IMG/VR virus record: IMGVR_UViG_2162886015_000003
Location: 1-50,338 of that record
Source: a virus
Taxonomy: Duplodnaviria > Caudoviricetes
Length of the DNA stretch: 50,338 nt
Direction: 5' to 3' (one strand)
Part shown: piece after piece, positions 1-7,264 of the stretch
Position numbering within the stretch: the first letter of the stretch is position 1
Layout: each line of letters opens with the position of its first letter
Notes under the pieces: generated by a model
The model's input: the letters and a program-made list of their open reading frames with translations, nothing else
What the model was told of the DNA's origin: nothing
The model's database searches: none
Position numbers and translations under genes: made by a program

Positions 1-860
1 GGGATGCGGAGACGTATGCCCTGCATACGGGCGTCACGAAGGCAGTCGTTACGATCGGCGATTGCGTTCTGGTGCACGTGACGGACAAGGGCGCAGGCTG
101 GAAAGATGGACGGAAGCGAGCATTGATTCTGGAGAAGTGGGCGCCGGAGTTCGCCGAGCAGGACGCGAACGATTTGCATGCCTGGTCGATCCGCTTCGTC
201 GGCTACATGCGGGCGAGTGTCGACCATCTCGGCAGGCCCAAGAGGCCGCTTTCCGACGCGGCGATCCGCAACGTGCTCGCATACATCCGGGCGGCAATCA
301 AATACGCACACAAGATCGGCCGGCTGGAGATTGACCAGACCGCACGAATGGTCATTCCGGCGGTCAACAATGAGCGGCACCACTATCCGCAGCGGAAAGA
401 GATGCTTGAGATCGCGCGGGCATGCAAGCATCGCGAGGCCCGCGCAGCGATCCGAATCGCGTTCTACTCGGGCATGCGCCGCGGCGAGATCCTGCGGGCG
501 AAGGTGACGCGCCAGGGATACTCGCTAGACGACACGAAGAATGGGCGGCCGCGCATCATCCCGATTCACCCGCGCGTCGCCGTGCTGGCTCGCCGCGTGC
601 GATTCACCCTGACGGTCAAGCAGTTCGAGGAGGCATGGAAGAAGGCGAGAATTGCGGCCGGACATCCGGGCACGAAGTTTCACGACTTGCGCCACGGCGC
701 CGCGTCGGAAATGATCAATGCCGGAATCGACCTGTTCACGGTTGGGGGCGTGCTCGGGCACAAGTCGGTCGTGTCGACAAAGAGGTATTCGCACCTGGTC
801 ACAGACCGGCTCGCGGCAGCCGTCGGAAAGATCGGGCAGAAGCGGGGAAATCCGGTTTAA
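1..860 (+). CDS. int: Tyrosine integrase, C-terminal part (ORF begins at 50194 and crosses the circular junction; about 334 aa in total)
   Basis: Frame 3 is open from base 3. Catalytic motifs GMRRGE (R), TKNG (K), HDLRH (HxxR), LGH and RYSH (Y). Adjacent to the att core. Confidence 0.95.
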   Translation, partial: DAETYALHTGVTKAVVTIGDCVLVHVTDKGAGWKDGRKRALILEKWAPEFAEQDANDLHAWSIRFVGYMRASVDHLGRPKRPLSDAAIRNVLAYIRAAIKYAHKIGRLEIDQTARMVIPAVNNERHHYPQRKEMLEIARACKHREARAAIRIAFYSGMRRGEILRAKVTRQGYSLDDTKNGRPRIIPIHPRVAVLARRVRFTLTVKQFEEAWKKARIAAGHPGTKFHDLRHGAASEMINAGIDLFTVGGVLGHKSVVSTKRYSHLVTDRLAAAVGKIGQKRGNPV

Positions 861-878
861 GGCAGAAAAACCCACACC
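854..878 (+). repeat. 25-bp direct repeat copy 1 (GGTTTAAGGCAGAAAAACCCACACC), probable integrase arm-type site
   Basis: Identical copy at 1084-1108; the two copies flank the att core. Confidence 0.8.
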
Positions 879-928
879 ATGAAGATTTGCCGGAAATAGA
901 CAAAACGGTGAATCGCTTGCTGGTCGGG

Positions 929-984
929 TGGTGCCGGGGACCGGACTCGAACCGGCAAGCCGTGAGGCGGCGGATTTTAAGTCC
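929..984 (-). mobile_element. attP core: 3' 56 nt of tRNA-Leu(TAA)
   Basis: Reverse complement GGACTTAAAATCCGCCGCCTCACGGCTTGCCGGTTCGAGTCCGGTCCCCGGCACCA has a TAA anticodon loop, long variable arm, GGTTCGAGTCC T-arm and CCA end. The 5' half of the tRNA is absent. It lies just downstream of int. Confidence 0.9.
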
Positions 985-1083
985 TTAGTCACTGTGAGTA
1001 AACACAGGCTTTGGGCTTGGAGCCCACGGTGTTATGGGGGTTTCAGGGCGATGTGATGCTGTATATGTGAACAGTGGTTGGCG

Positions 1084-1108
1084 GGTTTAAGGCAGAAAAA
1101 CCCACACC
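1084..1108 (+). repeat. 25-bp direct repeat copy 2, probable integrase arm-type site
   Basis: Identical to 854-878. Confidence 0.8.
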
Positions 1109-1180
1109 TTAATTGGTGACGCGCCAGCTAGACTAAACGCTGGGCTAGATTGATGTGCGCCAGTAGGCGCGGGAGGCGGG

Positions 1181-1477
1181 ATGGAAGATGTGGAATTGAT
1201 GGAGCGTGCGACGAAAGCAGCTGCCCTGACGCTTGAGGAATCGATCTACCCGGGATGGTTCATGTGTGATGGGCGTCAATGGAACGCGCTTGCCGACGAC
1301 GGAGATGCGCTGCGATTAGCCGTGAAACTTCATCTAGATGTCATGACGAGCTGTCGACTCGATGAAATTCAAGTTGGTGGGGCGGTAAAATCGACCACCT
1401 TCCAGCCCATCGAGGGCGACCGCTTCTCCGCTACTCGCCGCGCCATCGTCCGCGCTGCCGCAGCGATGGCTGATTGA
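1181..1477 (+). CDS. Phage hypothetical protein
   Basis: GGAGG RBS. WNALADDGDALRLAVKL and TRRAIVRAAA segments resemble common small phage proteins. Confidence 0.75.
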   Translation: MEDVELMERATKAAALTLEESIYPGWFMCDGRQWNALADDGDALRLAVKLHLDVMTSCRLDEIQVGGAVKSTTFQPIEGDRFSATRRAIVRAAAAMAD

Positions 1478-1508
1478 TCTGCCGCCATAGGCGCAATGGG
1501 AGATAGGA

Positions 1509-1685
1509 ATGACCCAAGAAGAGGCGCGCGAAGCGCTGTTGCTGATGGACGAGGTGGATGTGCTGATCCGCTGGGCGTCCGTAAGTCACCCGGAACCAGC
1601 GGTCTACACAAAAAGCGCCGAAGCATTCTGGAAGGTCTGCCACATGATCGCCGGCTCTAAGCCGGCACGCCAGACCCAACAATAG
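1509..1685 (+). CDS. Small hypothetical protein (58 aa, MTQEEAREALLL...)
   Basis: Found manually below the track cutoff. Purine-rich RBS; the 3' end overlaps the convergent lipase gene. Confidence 0.5.
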   Translation: MTQEEAREALLLMDEVDVLIRWASVSHPEPAVYTKSAEAFWKVCHMIAGSKPARQTQQ

Positions 1686-2367
1686 CCTGAAGCCGACTCA
1701 CAACCAGATAGATCGAGTGATCGCCCAGCGAAAGGCCGCCAGGCCATTTGCTTGTATCGATCAACTGAAAGCCCGTCTGTTGCAGATGGGCCATCAGGCC
1801 GGGCCGGTGTATCCAGTCGCCCAACCTCGGGTAGCCAAACCAGATGTCGAGCCCGTTGCCGACGATCACCAGCCCCGCCAGCTCGCGCTCGTACTTCTGG
1901 TAGTAGGCCAGATTCGCGCCTTTGGGGGGCTCGAAGGCGTGAAGCGTGCCAATCTGCGCAGCAGGAATGAATAGCGGCGTGTATGCCGTTCTCCAACCCC
2001 CGAGGCTGTGGCCGCAGACATTGAAGACCGCGCCGGCCGGCGCCAGCTTCAGCGCCCAATCCCATATCTCTTTCGCGCTCTCGTACGCGCCGCGCGTGAC
2101 CTTTGCACCATTGCCGACGTCTACCGGCTCAAGCTGTACGTCATCGAACAGATCGCCGATCTTGCCAGCCGAGAAACGCGTCCCCGAAATGCTGAGACAC
2201 GTCGCGCCCGTCGAGTCGCGCGATAGCACAGCCTGGCTATCGTTGTCCTTGTACTGGCTGATGAACGTGTGGCCCATCGCCTCAAAGGCGGCTTTCGCCT
2301 GCGCCGGGTCGATGATATAGGCCGCTTGCGAGCACTTCGCCGCGGCGAGAACCTTGGCGAAGTCCAT
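1657..2367 (-). CDS. Class 3 lipase-like alpha/beta hydrolase
   Basis: GHSLGG nucleophile elbow, upstream ISGT motif, FEPPK, a downstream D and C-terminal DHSI histidine. ATG at 2367 follows the upstream stop by 1 nt. Confidence 0.85.
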   Translation of the reverse strand: MDFAKVLAAAKCSQAAYIIDPAQAKAAFEAMGHTFISQYKDNDSQAVLSRDSTGATCLSISGTRFSAGKIGDLFDDVQLEPVDVGNGAKVTRGAYESAKEIWDWALKLAPAGAVFNVCGHSLGGWRTAYTPLFIPAAQIGTLHAFEPPKGANLAYYQKYERELAGLVIVGNGLDIWFGYPRLGDWIHRPGLMAHLQQTGFQLIDTSKWPGGLSLGDHSIYLVVSRLQAIVGSGVPA

Positions 2368-2368
2368 G

Positions 2369-2827
2369 TTACTGGCTCGCTGCGACAGGTGCTGATGCCG
2401 CTTGAGCATTCGTCACGATGGTCGCGACCGTGTCGACCGATAGTTCAGCCAGCGCGATTGCGCCGCCGATCTTCAGTTTGTCAGGCGAGGAGATCATCGT
2501 GGCCGGCGCAGCACTGACAACTGCGGCCGCTGCGGGCAGCACGGTATCGCCGAACTGCCTCACGTTCGCGATCGAGATCGTCGCGCCGGCCGCGCATGCG
2601 GCCTTCACCATCGGCGTTGCATCCGAGACCTGTTTCTCGACAGCCGGCGTCAGCGTGTCGGAGAACAGCGGCGCCAGCGCGAGTGCTTGCTGAACCGGTT
2701 CGCATGCCGCGGTGAAGAATTGCGCCGGCGTGATCGTGATTTTCGGAACGGCCACGGGGTTGGTGCCACATGCGGCGAGCATGGACGCGACGATACCTAC
2801 CGCCAAAGCGGCAAAGAGCTTTTTCAT
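2369..2827 (-). CDS. Lipoprotein (lysis module, Ala-rich helical)
   Basis: MKK, hydrophobic stretch and LAAC lipobox; AAGG RBS. Confidence 0.8.
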   Translation of the reverse strand: MKKLFAALAVGIVASMLAACGTNPVAVPKITITPAQFFTAACEPVQQALALAPLFSDTLTPAVEKQVSDATPMVKAACAAGATISIANVRQFGDTVLPAAAAVVSAAPATMISSPDKLKIGGAIALAELSVDTVATIVTNAQAASAPVAASQ

Positions 2828-2836
2828 GATTTACCT

Positions 2837-3154
2837 TCAGGGTTTAAGAGAAAATTTCGCGGCCGTGACGGCGACGTTTGATACGGCGCCAGCTACGGCA
2901 GTGACAGCAGCAGTGTTGGCAGCGATCGGCGCAGTCGCGCCTACGCCGGTTTCGGCAAAGTCGAGGAGGTAGCCATCAGCAGTCTTCTGGACGTGAACGG
3001 TTACGCTCGAGATGTCTTTTCCGTTCGCGATAGTCGCGGCGCAGCAGATAACCTGCTTGGACGCAGCGTCGTAAAACGGACGGACATCGTAGGTAGCCTC
3101 CCCTGCGCACCCGGCCAGCGCTAACAGCGCGAGGCACAGAAGAGCGCGAATCAT
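2837..3154 (-). CDS. Lipoprotein, possible unimolecular spanin-like protein
   Basis: LAGC lipobox, beta-strand-like middle and a C-terminal uncharged Ala/Val/Thr stretch. ATGA overlap with the upstream gene. Confidence 0.7.
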   Translation of the reverse strand: MIRALLCLALLALAGCAGEATYDVRPFYDAASKQVICCAATIANGKDISSVTVHVQKTADGYLLDFAETGVGATAPIAANTAAVTAVAGAVSNVAVTAAKFSLKP

Positions 3155-3441
3155 TGCGACGCGCCCGGAGGAATGCTCGGCGCGGTGGGAGCGGTGCCCT
3201 GATTCGACACGGTAACGGTGGTTACCGGGGTAGCCGGCGTAGGTTGAGAGCCACCCATCAGCGACGCGAGACCGCTGAAGCCTGCGGCTGCACCGCGGAA
3301 CCCGGTCAACGCGCCGAGCAGCGTCATGAGTGTGTACTTCAGCTCGACGTCGGTGATCTTCGCGAAGTCCATGCCGACGAGCAGCGCCAGCAGGAATGCG
3401 ATTTCGATCTGTTTCTGGTATGCGATAAGGAAGGCTTTCAT
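3151..3441 (-). CDS. Small membrane protein (2 TM), holin-like
   Basis: Two hydrophobic segments and a Pro/Thr-rich tail; located in the lysis cassette. Confidence 0.65.
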   Translation of the reverse strand: MKAFLIAYQKQIEIAFLLALLVGMDFAKITDVELKYTLMTLLGALTGFRGAAAGFSGLASLMGGSQPTPATPVTTVTVSNQGTAPTAPSIPPGASQ

Positions 3442-3443
3442 GC

Positions 3444-3803
3444 TTACTCCGTGTCAGTCAAAGGACGGTTTTTGAGCTTGCCCAGCCATAGCGCGGCATC
3501 GAGCAAGACATCGACGTTGAAACTGCGGAAATTGCCGAGATGGCCAAACCAGAGGTGGCAGTTGACGCCGCTCTTTTTCGATTCGCAGAGCGTCACCAGA
3601 TTGGTCGGGTTAAGTTCGAGATCGGGGTGAAGATGAAACGGCCTGCGGTGATGCACTTCCAGCTTTTCTGAACCACCGCACACCTCGCAAACTGGATGCA
3701 ATGCGAGGTGCTGTTTGCGCACCGTGGGCCAGTGACCCGAGCGCGCAGCGGTGATCGGATGCTTGCCTTTCGCAGCATCGATGAGATGTTTGATGATTGG
3801 CAT
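3444..3803 (-). CDS. HNH endonuclease
   Basis: CEVCG, EVHH, NLVTLC and CHLWFGH motifs. Confidence 0.85.
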   Translation of the reverse strand: MPIIKHLIDAAKGKHPITAARSGHWPTVRKQHLALHPVCEVCGGSEKLEVHHRRPFHLHPDLELNPTNLVTLCESKKSGVNCHLWFGHLGNFRSFNVDVLLDAALWLGKLKNRPLTDTE

Positions 3804-3815
3804 GGGCTGTAAACG

Positions 3816-3838
3816 AAGAAAGCCACCCGAAGGTGGCT
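3816..3838 (-). terminator. Intrinsic terminator
   Basis: AGCCACC-CGAA-GGTGGCT hairpin with a T-rich tail on the minus strand. Confidence 0.65.
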
Positions 3839-3860
3839 GTGTGGTCAGTGACGTGCGCGG

Positions 3861-4493
3861 CTAGATGCCGAGCGCCTTCTTTGCTGCGCCATATAGCGCG
3901 AGCCGCTGCGAATAGCTGCCCGGCGTACCGGCCGCAGTTGCGCTGCCAAGATTTATTGCCTTGCTGAGTCCGAGGAAATCCCCGGCGTCGGCGAGCGCAT
4001 TCAGATTACGGTTGAACCAGTACCAGGCTGATGCCATTGCTGCATTCGCAGGTTGCTCGAGCAGCTCCGGATGCGTGATCAGGTCAAGGTCGATACCGAT
4101 TCCGCAAAGCAGGTAATTCCGGCGCCCCGTGATACCCATACCGCGGCCACGGAACATCCACCCATCACCGCTCGCCTCGGCGCCGTTACCGTTGCGATTT
4201 GCATAGGCGCGATTGGCGATCATCGGTGGCTTGTTGGCGTATTGCTGGGCCTCGGCTTCGTCGAACTCATCCGGGAATGTCGACAGCAGGCCGGCAGCGC
4301 TGTAATTCATGTTTTCAACCAGCGCAGTCAGGCGAGCTGATTCGACGCCATACGTCGCGAGGAACGCAGCTGCACGCAGCGGCGTATTGATCGCGAACTT
4401 GTCGCAAGCAGCTTGCAGGGGTTGAAGCCATTGCGCTGCTCGTGCTGGCGATGCACCGCAGCCAGCAACGATGATGTCTGTCGTCAGATTCAC
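3861..4493 (-). CDS. Endolysin, glycoside hydrolase family 19
   Basis: AAFLA...ES...ENMNYS, YANRNGNG..SGDGW.FRGRG..ITGR.NY and SAWYW motifs. GTG start overlaps the upstream stop (GTGA). Confidence 0.9.
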   Translation of the reverse strand: MNLTTDIIVAGCGASPARAAQWLQPLQAACDKFAINTPLRAAAFLATYGVESARLTALVENMNYSAAGLLSTFPDEFDEAEAQQYANKPPMIANRAYANRNGNGAEASGDGWMFRGRGMGITGRRNYLLCGIGIDLDLITHPELLEQPANAAMASAWYWFNRNLNALADAGDFLGLSKAINLGSATAAGTPGSYSQRLALYGAAKKALGI

Positions 4494-4867
4494 GCTATGT
4501 CCTTGTAGACCTTGTAAAGCGAGATCACCCAGTGCGTCCAGTCGGGCAGGCTTTTGAAAAACAGCCAATGCAGCGCGGCATAGACGAGCACCAGCGCGAT
4601 GAACCGCTTCGAAAAAATCTGCTTGACTACCCATTCCCACGCGCGCGCGAGCCGACAGAAAAACCGCGTGGCATTCACCCCGCCATCCCACATATCAACG
4701 ATGGCCGCCGTACTCTTGCCTTGTGCATCGATCTTTGCGCCCAGATCGGCATACATCGCGTCCTGGCGTTTCAGGTGTTCCGTGATCCCGGAAAGTGCAG
4801 TGGAGACTTCCGAGAATTTTTCTTCACCTCTTTTCAAACGCTCGTTGATGGCGTCGATCTCGCTCAT
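4490..4867 (-). CDS. Holin/antiholin-like membrane protein
   Basis: N-terminal coiled-coil-like region and C-terminal hydrophobic segment; immediately upstream of the endolysin. Confidence 0.6.
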   Translation of the reverse strand: MSEIDAINERLKRGEEKFSEVSTALSGITEHLKRQDAMYADLGAKIDAQGKSTAAIVDMWDGGVNATRFFCRLARAWEWVVKQIFSKRFIALVLVYAALHWLFFKSLPDWTHWVISLYKVYKDIA

Positions 4868-4882
4868 TCGGGCCCCGAAAGT

Positions 4883-4905
4883 AAAAAGCCGCCCAGAAGG
4901 CGGCT
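4883..4905 (-). terminator. Intrinsic terminator
   Basis: AGCCGCC...GGCGGCT hairpin plus T5 on the minus strand. Confidence 0.7.
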
Positions 4906-4929
4906 GTTGGTCGAATCTTTATTTGGTGC

Positions 4930-4957
4930 TTGACAATCACCCTAGGGGTGATATTCT
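4930..4957 (+). promoter_or_regulatory. Sigma70 promoter with operator palindrome for the moron
   Basis: TTGACA (4930-35), 16-bp spacer, TG-n-TATTCT (4952-57). The palindrome ATCACCC-TAG-GGGTGAT (4936-4952) fills the spacer. Confidence 0.8.
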
Positions 4958-5012
4958 TCAGTCACAGGGCTATGCATACCGCTGTGCCCGATACTCCGAA
5001 AGGAAACTCATC

Positions 5013-6152
5013 ATGAGCGTCACTTTTCGCGCGGGCACGCGCACGACTGGAACAGCCACCCATGTACTTTCGGGCCATCCCGCAAGCCGGCCTTCGGCAA
5101 CTCAAAGAGGAGTTGGGCTACACCAACTCGCAGATGGCCGACGTTTTTGGAATCACTACCGGCCGCCAGTTTCACAAGTACCTCTCGGGCGAGGACAAGC
5201 GGGAAATGGGCTTTCACGTGCTCATGTTCGGTATGCTCCAGCTCGAACTGATGCTCGGGCCAGTCAGGAACATCGAGCAGTTGTATGCCCGGGCTCGACA
5301 TTACGGCGCAGTCATCGAACCATCGGTGCCCGCTGGCGAGCAGGAGCAATAGCAGCCCTCACCGCTTGCGCTCTTTCTGCCTGTGGTGGCGGTTCCCAAA
5401 ATCCCGCGCCGGTAGTCAAAGCCATTCCTGCTATTGCCCCTGCCGCTTCGCAGCCAGATCAGGCTAGTGCGCCAGTTGCGGCTTCGGTGCCTGCTGTGCC
5501 GGCGTCAGCGCCGCCAGCTGTCACGCCTCCGGCGCCCAAGGCCGTGCTGGTCGATATTTACGGAGACGATTCGATGATGGGCATCACTGGATCAAGCTTC
5601 AGCTTCCCGCAAGTCACGCAGCAGACTGAGCCGGCAGACTCGCAGGCATTGCTGCGAGCACAATTCGGCGATGGGGTTGCGATTGCCAATCATGCGTCGG
5701 GCGGGACCGCAAGCAGTCTCGTGAATATGATGAATGGCATGGACGGTGGAGGCCTGCCATTTGCTCAGCGGATCGCACCATCGAAATCGGCGGTCGTCTT
5801 GACCAACCATGCGATCAACGATGATCTCGTGCAGTCGCTTGGGCCATACTCGGACGCACTGGTAGCATGGGTTCAAGCCGTTCGCGCAGCCGGCAAGATT
5901 CCAGTTTTGGAGGAACCAAACCCGGTCTGCGACAGCAATCATCCCTATCTGGCGAATTACGTTTCGGTGATGGATAACGTCGCGGCGCAGTACGGCGTGC
6001 CGCTCGTCACTCAGTATGCGTACCTGCAGGGCATACCGAATTACTGCAGCCATCTGAGCAACGGACTTTATCCGGATGACGCCATTCTTGCGATGAAGGC
6101 GCAGCGAGAGGCTGCGGTGCTTGCGGCGGTCGTTCAAGCCATCGAAAAATAG
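5013..6152 (+). CDS. SGNH/GDSL-fold protein with internal lipobox and degenerate active site (start uncertain)
   Basis: GDDS(MMG), NHAIND and NGLYP blocks; LSAC-GGG lipobox at 5382; Pro/Ala linker. The nearest in-frame canonical start upstream of the lipobox is ATG 5013, with an AAGGA RBS. Confidence 0.7.
   Translation: MSVTFRAGTRTTGTATHVLSGHPASRPSATQRGVGLHQLADGRRFWNHYRPPVSQVPLGRGQAGNGLSRAHVRYAPARTDARASQEHRAVVCPGSTLRRSHRTIGARWRAGAIAALTACALSACGGGSQNPAPVVKAIPAIAPAASQPDQASAPVAASVPAVPASAPPAVTPPAPKAVLVDIYGDDSMMGITGSSFSFPQVTQQTEPADSQALLRAQFGDGVAIANHASGGTASSLVNMMNGMDGGGLPFAQRIAPSKSAVVLTNHAINDDLVQSLGPYSDALVAWVQAVRAAGKIPVLEEPNPVCDSNHPYLANYVSVMDNVAAQYGVPLVTQYAYLQGIPNYCSHLSNGLYPDDAILAMKAQREAAVLAAVVQAIEK
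5062..5352 (+). CDS. XRE-family HTH regulator, nested in another frame
   Basis: LRQLKEELGYTNSQMADVFGITTGRQFHKYLSG matches the HTH_3 pattern. Confidence 0.8.
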   Translation: MYFRAIPQAGLRQLKEELGYTNSQMADVFGITTGRQFHKYLSGEDKREMGFHVLMFGMLQLELMLGPVRNIEQLYARARHYGAVIEPSVPAGEQEQ

Positions 6153-6217
6153 CGCCGTCGATCCGGGTTCCCGGATTGCGGTAATATTCGGGAACTTTTG
6201 TGAGGCTTGAGGCGGCG

Positions 6218-7264
6218 ATGAATAAAAACAGCGGAATCCAGGGACTACGCGCCATCGCCGCCTTTCTTGTGGTGCTCCAGCACGGAATTGCCTTCGGCTG
6301 TCTCGCCAAGGGCGTCGACTTCACGCCCTATTTGCCGATGGGCTTCGGTCAGGCTGGCGTCGGCATCTTCTTCGTGATTTCCGGCTATGTGATGACGCTT
6401 TGTCTACCGCAGGGCGCCATGTTTATGCCGCAGCGGATCGCGCGCATCTATCCGGTATTCTGGGTCGCAATCGCTTTCAGTGGATTGGTACTGCCCATGA
6501 TCGGGCGAGAATGGCATTTCGGCCTGTACTCAGCCAGCCTTCTGCCCGCCGCGTCTTTCAACAACAGCTACGAAATTCCCTACTGGTCGCTCATTTATGA
6601 GGTCGTGTTCTACACCGTCATTTACGCGCTCATAGTGGTGCGCCGCACCCGGCGTCAGATTGCGATTTTGATCAGCATATGGGCAATCGTGATAGCGCTG
6701 GTCTGCCAGCTCGGCCTGCATCCCTTCCCAACTGACCACGAAGCGATGTTCGCCGGAAAGTGGATCCTCGCATCGCCAGCCAATTTCGAGTTTATCGCTG
6801 GCGCACTGTACGGTCTCGTGGGGAAAGAGATACTGAAGACGGCCAACCCGCTGACGCTCGCGATTCAGGCAGTCATCGTGTTCATCATTGCCCAGGTTCT
6901 GGTTCCGCTGCCCTACTACATGCGTTATGCGCTGTGGGGCGTCTCGTTCGTGCTGGTGCTGCACCTGGTGCAAGGCATGCGCGTCCCGAAATTTCTGGAG
7001 CGGGCCGGCAATCAGTCTTACGGACTGTATCTGGTCCAGTCTATGTTCTGTCAGGTTGGCGCGTATTTTATGGCGCGTATTTTCCCGGGTGCGCCACTAT
7101 CTATCTTCGTTGCGGTGACTATCGGAACGGCGCTGGGTGCTGGCCTTTCATTCGGCGCACTCGAATTCACCTTCCACGAGAAGGTCATCAAGCCTGTCCT
7201 GCGCCGATTTTCGATCTCACGGAAGCTGGTAAATATTCATCCAGACGGACCCGCCTCCGCTTGA
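6218..7264 (+). CDS. Acyltransferase family 3 (OafA/Oac-like surface polysaccharide O-acetylase)
   Basis: IQGLRAIAA..VV..H, GVGIFFVISGY, RIARIYP, WSLIYEVVFY and G..SYGLYL motifs; about 10 TM segments. Confidence 0.92.
   Translation: MNKNSGIQGLRAIAAFLVVLQHGIAFGCLAKGVDFTPYLPMGFGQAGVGIFFVISGYVMTLCLPQGAMFMPQRIARIYPVFWVAIAFSGLVLPMIGREWHFGLYSASLLPAASFNNSYEIPYWSLIYEVVFYTVIYALIVVRRTRRQIAILISIWAIVIALVCQLGLHPFPTDHEAMFAGKWILASPANFEFIAGALYGLVGKEILKTANPLTLAIQAVIVFIIAQVLVPLPYYMRYALWGVSFVLVLHLVQGMRVPKFLERAGNQSYGLYLVQSMFCQVGAYFMARIFPGAPLSIFVAVTIGTALGAGLSFGALEFTFHEKVIKPVLRRFSISRKLVNIHPDGPASA

Noticed and set aside
929-984. Complete tRNA-Leu gene
   Set aside because: The 5' acceptor strand and D arm are missing; it is an att core.
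4599-5012. N-terminal part of the 517-aa ORF
   Set aside because: Antisense to the holin-like gene and spans a terminator and the promoter; the first credible start is 5013.
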